A DNA stretch of 63,819 bases, filler included, from Lama guanicoe (GCA_013239625.1; 148 parts of 148 records of this genome joined end to end with filler, not necessarily neighbours in it), one strand, 5' to 3'; numbered from the whole stretch's first letter, positions 13,257-26,353 are shown. Notes: a model not told the origin generated them from the sequence alone. Numbers and translations are program-made.

Positions 13257-14274
13257 NNNNNNNNNNNNNNNNNNNNNNNNNNNNNNNNNNNNNNNNNNNN
13301 TTAATTAATTAANNNNNNNNNNNNNNNNNNNNNNNNNNNNNNNNNNNNNNNNNNNNGTAAACCAAGTCTCCTCTTTCCATCTCTGTTCTACTTCAGTCTC
13401 TTTGGCATTTACTTTTCCCTAAGCACAATTTGAAGACCTCTACTGTAAAATAATTAGATAATTAAGTAAATACTCCTGTACAGAAAATATGGTGACAGCT
13501 GCTGAAAATGACTTATTGGCCAGCAAGGTCTATCTTATAATAACTCTCTCTTTATTAGTTGAAGTTTCTAAGTTTGAAATTCCTGTCTAGGGAATGATAT
13601 ACATGTATGGAATATAAACATATTTACATTTTAATATATATTTATAATCTAATAAGCTATATAATTATACATGTAATGTAATTATACNNNNNNNNNNNNN
13701 NNNNNNNNNNNNNNNNNNNNNNNNNNNNNNNTTAATTAATTAANNNNNNNNNNNNNNNNNNNNNNNNNNNNNNNNNNNNNNNNNNNNTGAATAAAGAAAC
13801 AGTGGAAAGGCAGAACAGACTGGTTCTATGGAGAGGTGCACCTAGGCAGGGAGAGGAGCATCATTTGGGTGCAGACAGTGGTCTGCGGTGCAGTTTTTTG
13901 ACACAGCACAGCTAACACTTAGGGAGAACTTCCTACACACGAGGTGTGGTGTGGGATTGCTGCTCCTCACAGCCACTCTGTGAGCCCTGCACTGGCATTA
14001 ATCTTATTTCCGATGCTGAAACAGGCTTGGAGAGATCAAGTTGCTTGTCAAACCTCACACTGTCAGTGTGTGAAGGAGCTGGGAGTCGAGCCCTAGGCTG
14101 TCTTTTTAAAATATGAATNNNNNNNNNNNNNNNNNNNNNNNNNNNNNNNNNNNNNNNNNNNNTTAATTAATTAANNNNNNNNNNNNNNNNNNNNNNNNNN
14201 NNNNNNNNNNNNNNNNNNCAGCTCCTGCCCAGCTCCTGCCCACTCCCCTACCTCCCCAGAGAGAGGACAGACCA

Positions 14275-14448
14275 CAGACCGGGAGAGGTACTTTAATTGG
14301 AAACTGCTGTGAAACGGGTGGGGCGGGAGCAAACAAGAGAGAGGAGGAGGCCCTGGCTGAGGTAGAGCAGGAGGGAACGAGCTTGGCCACAGCTCCCGGG
14401 CCCCAGAGGTATCAGCGGCTCCTCTTGCATGAAGATGCCGGGCTCAAC
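14275..14448 (-). other. Candidate terminal exon of an unidentified gene
   Basis: Minus strand shows branch-like ctgac plus tgtgctgtctcacAG acceptor (14449-14450), ATTAAA at 14292-14297 and a GT-rich downstream element (tctgtggtctgt). Confidence 0.45.
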
Positions 14449-15639
14449 CTGTGAGACAGCACAGTCAGGGAAGAGCCTCAAGCCAGGGCCAGCCCTCGGC
14501 CCTGCTCAACAGCCAGGACTGTGGGGAGGGGTACGGTGTGTGTAACACTNNNNNNNNNNNNNNNNNNNNNNNNNNNNNNNNNNNNNNNNNNNNTTAATTA
14601 ATTAANNNNNNNNNNNNNNNNNNNNNNNNNNNNNNNNNNNNNNNNNNNNCAAGGAAAATTTAAAAGGTAAGGGGCCTTCTGAAAGCAAGGCTGAGGCTAT
14701 AACTCAACACGACTGGCACTAATGGGTGGACTAAATATCTAAGCCAATCAGAATCTAGTCCCAAGGGTAGCATTGAAAGGGACAGGTAGGAATTCACCAC
14801 AGATTTCTCTAAGCCAAAAATGGCATTGCCTGTCGAAGTCAACTTAATTCAAGCAGGAAAATAGTCCAGCTGGTATTTTTATTTCTTTTGAAATTACGGG
14901 ATGATTGGCTTTTTTCTTGTTACTCCCCACCTAGTAAGCAGGCCCTTAATGCTCCTTTTTAAATCTTAGTAAACACACATNNNNNNNNNNNNNNNNNNNN
15001 NNNNNNNNNNNNNNNNNNNNNNNNTTAATTAATTAANNNNNNNNNNNNNNNNNNNNNNNNNNNNNNNNNNNNNNNNNNNNAACATATCCTTGAAGCCAAA
15101 AGCTGACAAGCACATTACAATAATGGAAGATTATAAATCAATCTCTTTCATATACATAAGTTAAAGATACTTAATGCATTGGCAGGTTACATCCAGAAAG
15201 ATGATGTACTGTAATCAAATGTCAACTTCTGTATTATTTCTACTTGTTCATTTTACTTTTTCTGTTTAAACTCTTTCTCTTGCAATTGAAAAGAAGTGCT
15301 TTTTTCTACATTACCAATGAGGAAATGTACATTATGAATGAGTAAACAGATATATCAATACCTTATTAGTTATCTTGTTTAGGTTAGATCTTCTCTGTAC
15401 TCAAGTTTTTTNNNNNNNNNNNNNNNNNNNNNNNNNNNNNNNNNNNNNNNNNNNNTTAATTAATTAANNNNNNNNNNNNNNNNNNNNNNNNNNNNNNNNN
15501 NNNNNNNNNNNAAAATCCGAGGCACCTCCCTTTGGGACTCTGGGTGTGTGCGGGGCTGCCATCACTAACCACGTGCAGATTTCAGAAGCTGGTGAAACCA
15601 TCGTTGGGTGTCACTACAATGCGGTGGTGAACACCGTGG

Positions 15640-15795
15640 GCTTTGTTGTCAGACAGACCTGGGTCTGAACATGAACCCTGTTGCTTAGCAGTGCCTGCAG
15701 GTCACTGTGTCTCATCTGTAGAATTGATTGGTGCCACCTCCCTCGTGGGTCCTGTGATCTTTGGAGCACTCGGCCCAGCCTCTGGCATTTAGAAA
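15640..15795 (+). mobile_element. MIR SINE
   Basis: tcagacagacctgggtctgaac...gtctcatctgtaga...agcactcggcccagcctctggca. Confidence 0.7.
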
Positions 15796-15942
15796 GCACG
15801 GGCTAAGGGATGGGGACAACCTTTGGTGGCTGCCATGGCTGTNNNNNNNNNNNNNNNNNNNNNNNNNNNNNNNNNNNNNNNNNNNNTTAATTAATTAANN
15901 NNNNNNNNNNNNNNNNNNNNNNNNNNNNNNNNNNNNNNNNNN

Positions 15943-16274
15943 AAAAAAAATCCACAACAACCCCCCTAGGGGGATGAATCAGCAGCCAGAGTTGCTAAAA
16001 TACATTAGCTAAGATTTCCAGTTTTCAGCAACAACAGGAAAATACAATCCATATTCTAGGGGAAAAAACAGTGAATACAATTATCTGTAAGGCGGGCACA
16101 GGTGTCAAGCTTAGAAAAGACTTCCAAGTAGAATTTTAAATATGTTCGGAGAACTAAAGGAACCCATGCTTAAAGAACTGAAAAATGATCACAATGATGC
16201 ATTAGGTAGAGAATATCGTAAAGATTATTTTTAAAGAGAATACAATGGAAATTCCATAAACTGAAAAATATGAG
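15943..16274 (+). mobile_element. Old L1 5'/ORF1 fragment
   Basis: ccagagttgct...tttccagttttcagcaac...aaatatgttcggagaactaaaggaa...aatggaaattc. Confidence 0.7.
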
Positions 16275-17669
16275 NNNNNNNNNNNNNNNNNNNNNNNNNN
16301 NNNNNNNNNNNNNNNNNNTTAATTAATTAANNNNNNNNNNNNNNNNNNNNNNNNNNNNNNNNNNNNNNNNNNNNCATGCATATATTCATTTACATATTCT
16401 TTTTGATTAAAGGTTATTACAAGATACTGCACATAGTTCCCTGTGCTATACGGAAGAAACTCAAAATGGATTTCTTTAACCAGGTAAGACAGCCTCATCC
16501 ATCGCTGCTGACCTAGCACTCAAAGGTAGATGAATTTGGCCTCTAGATGAGTGAAAAACCAGCAACCACTAGCTGGGCAACCCAGGTTATAGAATGAGTT
16601 TTTACTTACATTGTCAAAATGACAGCTGCAAAGTAACAGGAGCACAGATGAGGCTGGACAGTTTATCTCTACGTGGGGCCGTCAGCCCACGTGTTGATAA
16701 ATGATNNNNNNNNNNNNNNNNNNNNNNNNNNNNNNNNNNNNNNNNNNNNTTAATTAATTAANNNNNNNNNNNNNNNNNNNNNNNNNNNNNNNNNNNNNNN
16801 NNNNNAGGAGAGACGTCAGGGCAGCAGGGATGGGAAGGAGAGGAGTGACCACCCTGTGACTCTCAGGGGCAAGTGGGGCTGTGCTTCCGGGCAGTGAGAT
16901 AACACAGTGAGGAGTAAACTGTGCGCTGTCCCGGCTGGTCTCTCCTTCAGCAACTGGATCATCCAGCTCACAGCCTGGATCCAAACGCCACTGATGCCCC
17001 ACAGCCCGGTGGGACCCTCCCTTCCCAGCACCTGCAGCAAACACACCCCATCAGCTAATGAACAACCAACTTTCATGTCACCCACACCCCATGGACTCAC
17101 CTGTAGGGGGTGTGAGAAACACAGCAGACTCCTGGCCNNNNNNNNNNNNNNNNNNNNNNNNNNNNNNNNNNNNNNNNNNNNTTAATTAATTAANNNNNNN
17201 NNNNNNNNNNNNNNNNNNNNNNNNNNNNNNNNNNNNNAGTCCCACCACACCTGACTTTAGCAGCTTTTCTTTAACAGGGGCTTAGGTAAGCTGGGTTCTT
17301 TTGTAGCTGTGCAATGAACTCACTGTGTGACTTCAGACAAACCATTTAATCTTGATCCTACAACGACTCACCCTCACTGCCTCTTAAGTTTGCTGTGCGA
17401 ATACATCAGACACTATTCATGATAGGTTCAAGATATGTAGACGGTTAAAGGTCATTGACCTAAGTATAGATAATCTTTACATATTTGTCTTCAGATTTCT
17501 TTTTTTCTTTTCATTCAATTTATGGTAATTTCATGACAATAGTGAGTGTTCCCAGAAGATTAAATCCACNNNNNNNNNNNNNNNNNNNNNNNNNNNNNNN
17601 NNNNNNNNNNNNNTTAATTAATTAANNNNNNNNNNNNNNNNNNNNNNNNNNNNNNNNNNNNNNNNNNNN

Positions 17670-18001
17670 TGCTAAGCACAAAAGCAAGTTTTGATAAACT
17701 TCACAGAAATAAAACCATACAGAGCAGTTTCTCTGACAAAATGGAGTTAAGCTGGAAGTCAGTAACAAAAAGTTAACCAGAAAATGCCCAGTAATAAAAG
17801 TTACACAGCATATGTCTAAACAGACCTACAAAGAAATCTCAGGGAAATTATAAAATATTTTTAGCTGAATGAGAACAAAAACACAGTGCATCAAAATTGG
17901 TAGGGCACAACTAAAGCAATCCTTGGAGGAGACTTTGGAACGTGCAATACAGACAGGAAAAAGCAAATCAGAAGAATCGGTGACCCAAGCTTCTACTTCA
18001 C
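17670..18001 (+). mobile_element. Old L1 ORF2 fragment
   Basis: ttctctgacaaaatggagttaagctggaagtcagtaac...aaatatttttagctgaatgagaac. Confidence 0.8.
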
Positions 18002-18533
18002 NNNNNNNNNNNNNNNNNNNNNNNNNNNNNNNNNNNNNNNNNNNNTTAATTAATTAANNNNNNNNNNNNNNNNNNNNNNNNNNNNNNNNNNNNNNNNNNN
18101 NTCTGCTTAGTATGTAACTGATCATTTGCAGTTCAGTAAACAGCAGATGCAAAAACTGACAATGAGGAGGAATCTGACTTTCCTACTTGCTGACTCCATG
18201 TCAACCAGAGGTGGGGGATATGCTACAAATTTCCTGCAAGCCTCAGGAAAAAAAGAGCACAGCAATTTATGGCCCTGTGGTAGGAACGGATGCCCATTTA
18301 GCTTTTATTTTATTATGGGCAAAAACAGGCTGAGGGAGCACCCTTTCATCTGTCAGCCATCCATGCTGCTCGTTCTGGCCCAGGATCCAGCAGCCTGGGC
18401 GTCACCTGGGAGCTTGTTCAAAATGCAGACTCCNNNNNNNNNNNNNNNNNNNNNNNNNNNNNNNNNNNNNNNNNNNNTTAATTAATTAANNNNNNNNNNN
18501 NNNNNNNNNNNNNNNNNNNNNNNNNNNNNNNNN

Positions 18534-18865
18534 TTTTCTGTTGCTTTGCTCCACACAGTTGTTACTTTCCAACTGATCTACTGTGGCCCCAATGTCATCA
18601 ATCATTTCTACTGTGATGATGTCCCTTTGATAGCCCTTGCCTGCTCAGACACCAGCCTCAAGGAGATCTTGATTTTCATCTTTGCTGGACTCAACTTGAT
18701 CAGCTCTTTGACCACCATCCTTATTTCTTACTTATACATTGTGGCTGCCATCCTGAGAATCCAGTCGACAGAAGGGAGGTGCAAAGCGTTCTCGACTTGT
18801 GGCTCTCATCTGACCGCTGTGACTATATTCTATGGGACTCTGATCTTCATGTATCTGCAGCCCAA
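18534..18865 (+). CDS. Olfactory receptor fragment TM4-TM6 (OR5R1/OR8U/OR5AL-like), open across the whole contig
   Basis: [40 protein letters not shown]...[46 protein letters not shown] contains canonical OR motifs. Confidence 0.96.
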
Positions 18866-19397
18866 NNNNNNNNNNNNNNNNNNNNNNNNNNNNNNNNNNN
18901 NNNNNNNNNTTAATTAATTAANNNNNNNNNNNNNNNNNNNNNNNNNNNNNNNNNNNNNNNNNNNNAATCATTCACCAGAAGTTACACAGTTATTGGAATT
19001 ATTTCATGATTTTCTGACCACTTAGAAATCCATATAGTTTTTTTTTTTAATTGTGCTCTCAGGATTGTAGTATTTAAAAAAAAATTTTTTAATTTCTTTA
19101 AAATGTATTACCAAAAATCCATCCCACTTTAAAGACCATAGTAAGTTGAATGAGAAAAGAACTAAACCTGAATGTTTAGTTCTTTTCTCATTCAGGCACC
19201 AGCCCCTTGAATCCTTTCCTTATGAAAAGGGTTTTGGATCATGCCTTTTGACTACAGGTTGTTTGTGTGATTTGAAAACATGTTCTGTTTCTAGGGTNNN
19301 NNNNNNNNNNNNNNNNNNNNNNNNNNNNNNNNNNNNNNNNNTTAATTAATTAANNNNNNNNNNNNNNNNNNNNNNNNNNNNNNNNNNNNNNNNNNNN

Positions 19398-19729
19398 TAC
19401 AGGGCAAAGTAAAGAGATTTTCACATGGAATTAAAGTCTGTAATGAGCTGACTTTGAAGGAGACAGTCCTTGGTGGGGCTGACCTAGTCAGATGAGTTTT
19501 TAAGAGAAGAACTCTTTTACTGGTCTAAAAGAAGGAAATAACAATGTCGTGAACTGCTATGGAGAGGACTGTGTGGCTGGCTTCTGGGGGATGGATGGCT
19601 CTATGAGCTGGACTGGTACCTAGCTGACAGCTTCAAAGAAAAAGGGAACGTCAGACCTAAAGGTGCAAGGAGCTGAATTCTACCAATAATCGCATGAGTT
19701 TGGAAGAGAAGCCTAACCTGCAAAAAGGA
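19398..19729 (+). mobile_element. MaLR LTR (MLT1 family) fragment
   Basis: ggcaaagtaaagagattttcacatggaattaaagtc...gcaaggagctgaattctaccaataatcgcatgagtttggaaga. Confidence 0.8.
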
Positions 19730-21189
19730 NNNNNNNNNNNNNNNNNNNNNNNNNNNNNNNNNNNNNNNNNNNNTTAATTAATTAANNNNNNNNNNNNNNN
19801 NNNNNNNNNNNNNNNNNNNNNNNNNNNNNACAGTTAACTGATAAATACATAAAAACAGGCTCATTTTCAAAACAGAAAAATACCAAGCATAGCAGTAAGA
19901 TACCAGTTTTTACCATTAGGCAAAAATTTAGACACACCCACACCCTCTTCATGCAATTGTGCTTATTACAACTTTTGTGGTAAATTAATTCAATGTATTG
20001 ATCTATAGTTGAAATACATGTACCCTTTGGTTTATCCACCTCACCCTTGAGCCTCTATATGGTAGAAATAACAGTACTGGTATGTATTTTATTGAACTAG
20101 CAAATGATCGATTCCTGGAAATAATGGATTTTCTCTGAAATAAGCCAGTGGTTAAAAAAAANNNNNNNNNNNNNNNNNNNNNNNNNNNNNNNNNNNNNNN
20201 NNNNNTTAATTAATTAANNNNNNNNNNNNNNNNNNNNNNNNNNNNNNNNNNNNNNNNNNNNTACAATTAATGTCTCACACAGTGCAGCTTATGATGTGGT
20301 TATAGATTCCTCAGGGAAAGGAATTAAACCATCAGACCCATTTTCTAAGTCTAAGGTGAAAGGTTAATGGATTTACTAAAATGCTAAACAAATTCAAAGT
20401 AGTATCTCTTGGAGAGAGAGATGCGGAAAAAACCTCAAATGCTTGTCTGGACAATTTTTTTCTCCATCCTGGAAACATTCTAAATAATGTCAAAGGAGCG
20501 GCAGAAAAAAATGATCGAGGGAAAGCAATTAAATAATGATGAGTGCTTTGTTACTGCCTTCCACTGAGGCTGTCCTGGCAAATTTGAGGTTTTNNNNNNN
20601 NNNNNNNNNNNNNNNNNNNNNNNNNNNNNNNNNNNNNTTAATTAATTAANNNNNNNNNNNNNNNNNNNNNNNNNNNNNNNNNNNNNNNNNNNNTATTTGT
20701 ATTTGAGAGCCTCTAAATATCTGAAATTTCATGCCTGAGATACTGTTTAATCTAATAGCACTTTGCCAAAAAGACCTAACTAGGAAAGTAATTTGTTAAG
20801 TGATTTTCCACAGATAAGGTAGATAAGAGAACCCAGGTAGCTTTTGTAAACTCAGGGGAGATCAGACCAGAAAGGGAAGGAGGAACCAGGCAGCGAAGAC
20901 TGACTGGGCTTGTGTCCTGCCTTTGGGTGTGGTCAGCCCTGACGCTGACCAAGAGGCCTCATCTGTCTTGGGAATCCTGCTAGCTGACTGAGCTGGGGCT
21001 CTACAAGTGCCATAGACCTTTGGCANNNNNNNNNNNNNNNNNNNNNNNNNNNNNNNNNNNNNNNNNNNNTTAATTAATTAANNNNNNNNNNNNNNNNNNN
21101 NNNNNNNNNNNNNNNNNNNNNNNNNGGTTCTGGTCTTATTCTTAACTGGTAGGGTCGTTTCTGGTTCCAGTTTGCGTGTGAGTAGAGAC

Positions 21190-21457
21190 TGACCCACGCC
21201 AGCAAGTAGGGTATCTGCGAATTCAGCTCAAATCTGAAATTATCTACCCAAAGACAGCAGCAGATTCCGCAGGGAAAGGGCTCCGTCTGCGAGAGTGCCC
21301 TCCGCTTCCGACGCCAGCCGCAAGCACAGGTTGTGCTTCTGACCTGCCCGCTGCGGATGGGAGGTTCCAACGACTCCCTTCAACTTGGGACGCAAACCCA
21401 GCTTGCTGCCTGTACCTCTGACCAAATGGCTGTAAATCAGAGGTTGCCATGATCCCT
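21190..21457. mobile_element. MER21-like LTR fragment, CpG-rich
   Basis: cagattccgcagggaaagggctccgtc...cttccgacgccagccgcaag...ctgaccaaatggctgtaaatcagaggttgccatga resembles the remembered MER21 consensus. Confidence 0.65.
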
Positions 21458-22420
21458 NNNNNNNNNNNNNNNNNNNNNNNNNNNNNNNNNNNNNNNNNNN
21501 NTTAATTAATTAANNNNNNNNNNNNNNNNNNNNNNNNNNNNNNNNNNNNNNNNNNNNTGAGTGAAAGAGTAAAATCTATGACTTAAGATAAATTGAGAGC
21601 AGTGTTTACTACTATGTGTTCCCAGGACCATTCATCAACAGAGTTTCTTCAAAAGAATCTCCCAGGTCAAATCAACGGGGAAAGTACTGGGTTTCTTTAC
21701 TGTGGTTCTTTAAGACATTAGTATGTTTATGGGCATTTTGATGTCCAAAAGGAAAATAGCATTTCTCAAACCTATTTGACCATGGAACCCTTTCTAGGAA
21801 AATAAGGCATGGATCACGAATTCCATATACTTGGGCCAGTCTGTCTACAAACTGATATATGTAAGATGGGTACTGGTCTATAATTTTAANNNNNNNNNNN
21901 NNNNNNNNNNNNNNNNNNNNNNNNNNNNNNNNNTTAATTAATTAANNNNNNNNNNNNNNNNNNNNNNNNNNNNNNNNNNNNNNNNNNNNCTTACTCACTA
22001 GAAGTCATAGATGCTCCCAGAAAGCTTGTCAGGATCCTGCTTCAAGCTGTGCACGTTGGGGCCCAGTCCCCGTGCGGTGCGCTGTCCTGTGTGTGCGCCC
22101 TTCCTGGTGGTGACATCTGGGAGCAGTGGTGTCTCAGCATTGGGTTGGTGCTGGTCTGTTAAACAGTGAAGTGTCATCTGTGCTTTCTGGTTTAACTTCT
22201 AGCAACTTTTTTTTTCTTTGAAGTGTATTCTTTTCAGAAATTTTAATTAACAAAAATATTCAATAGCCCTATAATTTAAAAAATATTTTTATTGAAGTAT
22301 AGTCAGTTTACAATGTTGTGNNNNNNNNNNNNNNNNNNNNNNNNNNNNNNNNNNNNNNNNNNNNTTAATTAATTAANNNNNNNNNNNNNNNNNNNNNNNN
22401 NNNNNNNNNNNNNNNNNNNN

Positions 22421-22470
22421 TGAACCTAGGACATTGTACATGCTAAGCATGTGCTCTACCCATCCCCTTC
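22421..22470 (-). mobile_element. Partial Vic-1-type SINE
   Basis: tgaacctaggacattgtacatgctaagcatgtgctctacc matches the copies at 12583 and 30179. Confidence 0.75.
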
Positions 22471-22730
22471 TCAAAACATATATTGAAGTCCTAACCTACA
22501 TCAGTGTGACCTCATTTGGAGATAGAGTCTTTACAGAGGTAATCAAGTTAAAGTAAGGTTATTAGAGTGGAACCTAATTCAGTATGACAGGTGTAATTAT
22601 AAAAATGGAAAGTTTGGACACGGAAACAGGAGAGAAGATGCAGTGAGAAGACAGCCATCTGCAAACCAAAAAGAGGGGGAACAGATTTTTCCCTCACAGC
22701 TCTCAGATAAAGTCTATCCTGCTGTTGCTG
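22470..22730 (+). mobile_element. MLT1A/B/C-type MaLR LTR
   Basis: atattgaagtcctaacc...gtgacctcatttggagatagagtctttacagaggtaatcaagttaaa...ccctcacagctctcaga. Confidence 0.88.
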
Positions 22731-24599
22731 AAAAATTGGCCTCTGAACCCCANNNNNNNNNNNNNNNNNNNNNNNNNNNNNNNNNNNNNNNNNNNNTTAA
22801 TTAATTAANNNNNNNNNNNNNNNNNNNNNNNNNNNNNNNNNNNNNNNNNNNNAAAAAAAAAGACTTATCAAATAAAATAAATTTAGAAAATATGTAAATA
22901 ATAATAAGTCAAATTATGGATACTTATAAATTTAAAAATTATGTTTTAGAGAAACCTAGAAATAATAGAATAAGAGAATTTTCAGTTAACCACCCAACAT
23001 CTTTATAATTCATAAGCATTTAGATAGAGATTTTTTATGGCAAAATCTCATTCAATGCAATACAAAATTAAAACAAAAAAATTTAATATGTTGAAAACAT
23101 TGGATGATTAATAATGAAACTTTAACTATAGACTGAAAAGAAGACCCCAACAAATGGAAATATATTATGTTCTTATATGGAAAANNNNNNNNNNNNNNNN
23201 NNNNNNNNNNNNNNNNNNNNNNNNNNNNTTAATTAATTAANNNNNNNNNNNNNNNNNNNNNNNNNNNNNNNNNNNNNNNNNNNNAAGTTATGTCCGTCTG
23301 TCACAGGTAAAAGGAAGTACTGTATTTACGGCATGACATGAGAAATCTCCTTAAAGTTTCCTTAGTGCAATTTTGTCTGACTGATTTATCAGAAACAAGC
23401 CTCAAGGAGTCCAGTGTGCAGAGTGAGACGGTGAAGTGATCAGACAGGTCTAAGTTAGAATGGAGTGCTTTCCTACAGCAGCCCAACACCCCCCCAAAGA
23501 GTTGGACAAATTCTTACTTTAGGAATCAGTTCACACCAGCTCCTTGAACAGTTGGATCTTGCAACTAGAAACCACAAGATTAGGGATGAAACTGTTCAGG
23601 CGTCTCTGTAACAGCTNNNNNNNNNNNNNNNNNNNNNNNNNNNNNNNNNNNNNNNNNNNNTTAATTAATTAANNNNNNNNNNNNNNNNNNNNNNNNNNNN
23701 NNNNNNNNNNNNNNNNGTCAGAGATTCCCTCCGCACTCAGCTGCCGGGTGTTCGGAATTAGATGGCCTCCGAGCACTGCTGTTTCTCTCCCAGCCGTGAA
23801 GTAACTGCTCTGTGCAGCACAGCTCTGCTAGAAGGATCTGTTCAGAGGAGGAACAGCCAAGCCGTAGGCCCTCTTAGGTGAGTGTGCGGAGGAAGTGCCG
23901 TGGCCGAGCTGAAGCAGACCCAGACCCAGGGCAGGGCCGGTGGGATGAGTGCTGTGCAGCACGGAGGCGGGGCATCGTGTGCCTGGTGAGGTGAGGAGGA
24001 GTCAGTCTCTGGTCACAAAGGGTCTCCCAGCCCCAGGAGGTAGGAGGGNNNNNNNNNNNNNNNNNNNNNNNNNNNNNNNNNNNNNNNNNNNNTTAATTAA
24101 TTAANNNNNNNNNNNNNNNNNNNNNNNNNNNNNNNNNNNNNNNNNNNNGTTAATAATAAAAAAGTGTGCATTCCACTTAATCCTATTATAATTCACCACA
24201 ACATATGCCCACTAGATTTGTTCTTTAAAAAAGAGATTAAGACTCAAAAATCACTTGATTGCTAGCATTAGTCTTTTAGACAGTTAGATAAGGAGAGGCA
24301 CCAGGTAGATGAGGTGGAGGAGAGAGAGGATGGTCTCTCCTCTCTAGATATTTTAGCTAATATATCATAGCAACTCTAAACAATGAGCCACACTCCTCCC
24401 AACCCATGGATTTTTGTCCTTGTTGTTTATTTATTTGATTGCTTATTTAGTGACTTGGATGTGTTAGGTCACTAGATAAGNNNNNNNNNNNNNNNNNNNN
24501 NNNNNNNNNNNNNNNNNNNNNNNNTTAATTAATTAANNNNNNNNNNNNNNNNNNNNNNNNNNNNNNNNNNNNNNNNNNNNGACCTTCTGTCGCCTCGGG

Positions 24600-24876
24600 G
24601 TTGGTAGTGTTGACCACCCTGTTCCCTCACCATCAACCCATCAGAGAACCGTGCACTGCACTGGCTGATCACATACCCTGCGAACCCCTCCCTCACCTGG
24701 CCTTTAAATACGCTTTGCTGAAACCCTGTGGGGAGTTCTGAGTTTTCCTGGGCATGAGCCACCCTGTTCTCCTTGCTTTGCTCTGCAGAAAACCTTTCTC
24801 TGCTCCGAACTCTGATGTTTCATTTTTTTTTTTGGCCTCGTGGTGCATTGGGAACATGAATTTACCTTCACTAACT
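24600..24876 (+). mobile_element. ERV1-class LTR 3' half (U3-R-U5)
   Basis: ctgatcacataccctgcga...cctttaaata (TATA-like)...gagcccaccctgttctccttgc...ends ...cactaac. Confidence 0.7.
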
Positions 24877-25444
24877 CTCTGTGCACAGACAGGGAGTCAG
24901 CACTGAAGGACTNNNNNNNNNNNNNNNNNNNNNNNNNNNNNNNNNNNNNNNNNNNNTTAATTAATTAANNNNNNNNNNNNNNNNNNNNNNNNNNNNNNNN
25001 NNNNNNNNNNNNAAAAACTATTATTAAGGCCAGATACCCATATAAGTTAGAAGAAAATTTTAAAAAACGGACTAAGAAGCAGAATTTTGTTTCAGAAACA
25101 GTATGCATGCCAGAAAACATGAAGGTACATTTCAAAGTAAGCTCACTATATTAGATATTTATGCAAGGCACGAAATAGCATCGTAAATAAAAATGCAAAA
25201 GTGAGATGACAGAAGTTAAGAATTAGACTTTTTTTAAAATCTTAATAGTTTAGAAAATGTACAGCAACAAATAAATATACAAATAATAGCATAATAGCAG
25301 CTGATGATACAAACTGAGGAAATTTTATACATTAAAAAAGAGAGNNNNNNNNNNNNNNNNNNNNNNNNNNNNNNNNNNNNNNNNNNNNTTAATTAATTAA
25401 NNNNNNNNNNNNNNNNNNNNNNNNNNNNNNNNNNNNNNNNNNNN

Positions 25445-25776
25445 TTGGGATAATTTTATGATATATTTTGTCTAATAATGGGGTGGAAAAGGCCCACAAG
25501 GACCAGCAAGGCCTCGCAGGCACAGACATGACTGATCGCTTTTGCGCTTCTGTGAAACAGCTTGCTTCTAGGAGACTGAAACTAACCCCTCCCCACCCCG
25601 CAGGCGCGGAACCTTCCCGGTGTGTAAACCTAAGACAATGTGATTTTTTTGTTCCTAAAACCCTATAAAAGTCTGTGTGAACATGCAATCCTAGTCCAGA
25701 GCTTGGAGCGTTAACTCCTCTGGGCCGCGGGCACAATAAACCTGAGCTCTCCAACAGTCCGAGTGTCACTTGGTCT
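25445..25776 (+). mobile_element. ERV LTR with intact TATA box and poly(A) signal
   Basis: TATAAAA 25664-25670, AATAAA 25735-25740, CpG-containing U3/R. Confidence 0.8.
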
Positions 25777-26308
25777 NNNNNNNNNNNNNNNNNNNNNNNN
25801 NNNNNNNNNNNNNNNNNNNNTTAATTAATTAANNNNNNNNNNNNNNNNNNNNNNNNNNNNNNNNNNNNNNNNNNNNTTTTTTTCAGCTTTGGAGGTGTGA
25901 CCAGACCATAAACGTGAAAACAGTTGAAAAAAGGGTATACATTCAGGAAATATTTTGAGGTGCATATTGAAAATACACCCAGTGGAATATCTTCACCCAT
26001 TTCTATCTGGAAACTATGTTACAGATATTCAATACAATCCTAGATCCCAGAGAGAACAGTGGCTGAGCATGTGGGCAATATCCTAAATCGATACATACTA
26101 ACATTTAGAATATTACCAGGATTTCTTCTATATAAGTGACTTTGACTTAACATATGTGAACAATAAGGGAAAATGTTTGCACTCTGGGCCATGTGGAAGC
26201 ACCCTTCCNNNNNNNNNNNNNNNNNNNNNNNNNNNNNNNNNNNNNNNNNNNNTTAATTAATTAANNNNNNNNNNNNNNNNNNNNNNNNNNNNNNNNNNNN
26301 NNNNNNNN

Positions 26309-26353
26309 CATTGTAAAATGATTATAAATCAATAAAAAATGTTAAAAAAAAGA
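26309..26353 (+). mobile_element. Young L1 3' terminus inserted into an L1 ORF2 endonuclease fragment (26354-26636)
   Basis: ttgtaaaatgattataaatcaataaaaaatgttaaaaaaaa, then caagacccatc...tgctgcctacaagag (CCLQE)...gaaagtgaggggatggaagaagatat. Confidence 0.85.

Noticed and set aside
16610..16625. 16-nt micro-exon (ctttgcAG…GTAAGT, minus strand) and a nearby acgtggg/cccacgt hairpin
   Set aside because: Not frame-preserving, and such short motifs are expected by chance.
3561..18865. Joining the two family-5/8 OR fragments into one gene
   Set aside because: Different contigs with no overlap or linkage evidence.
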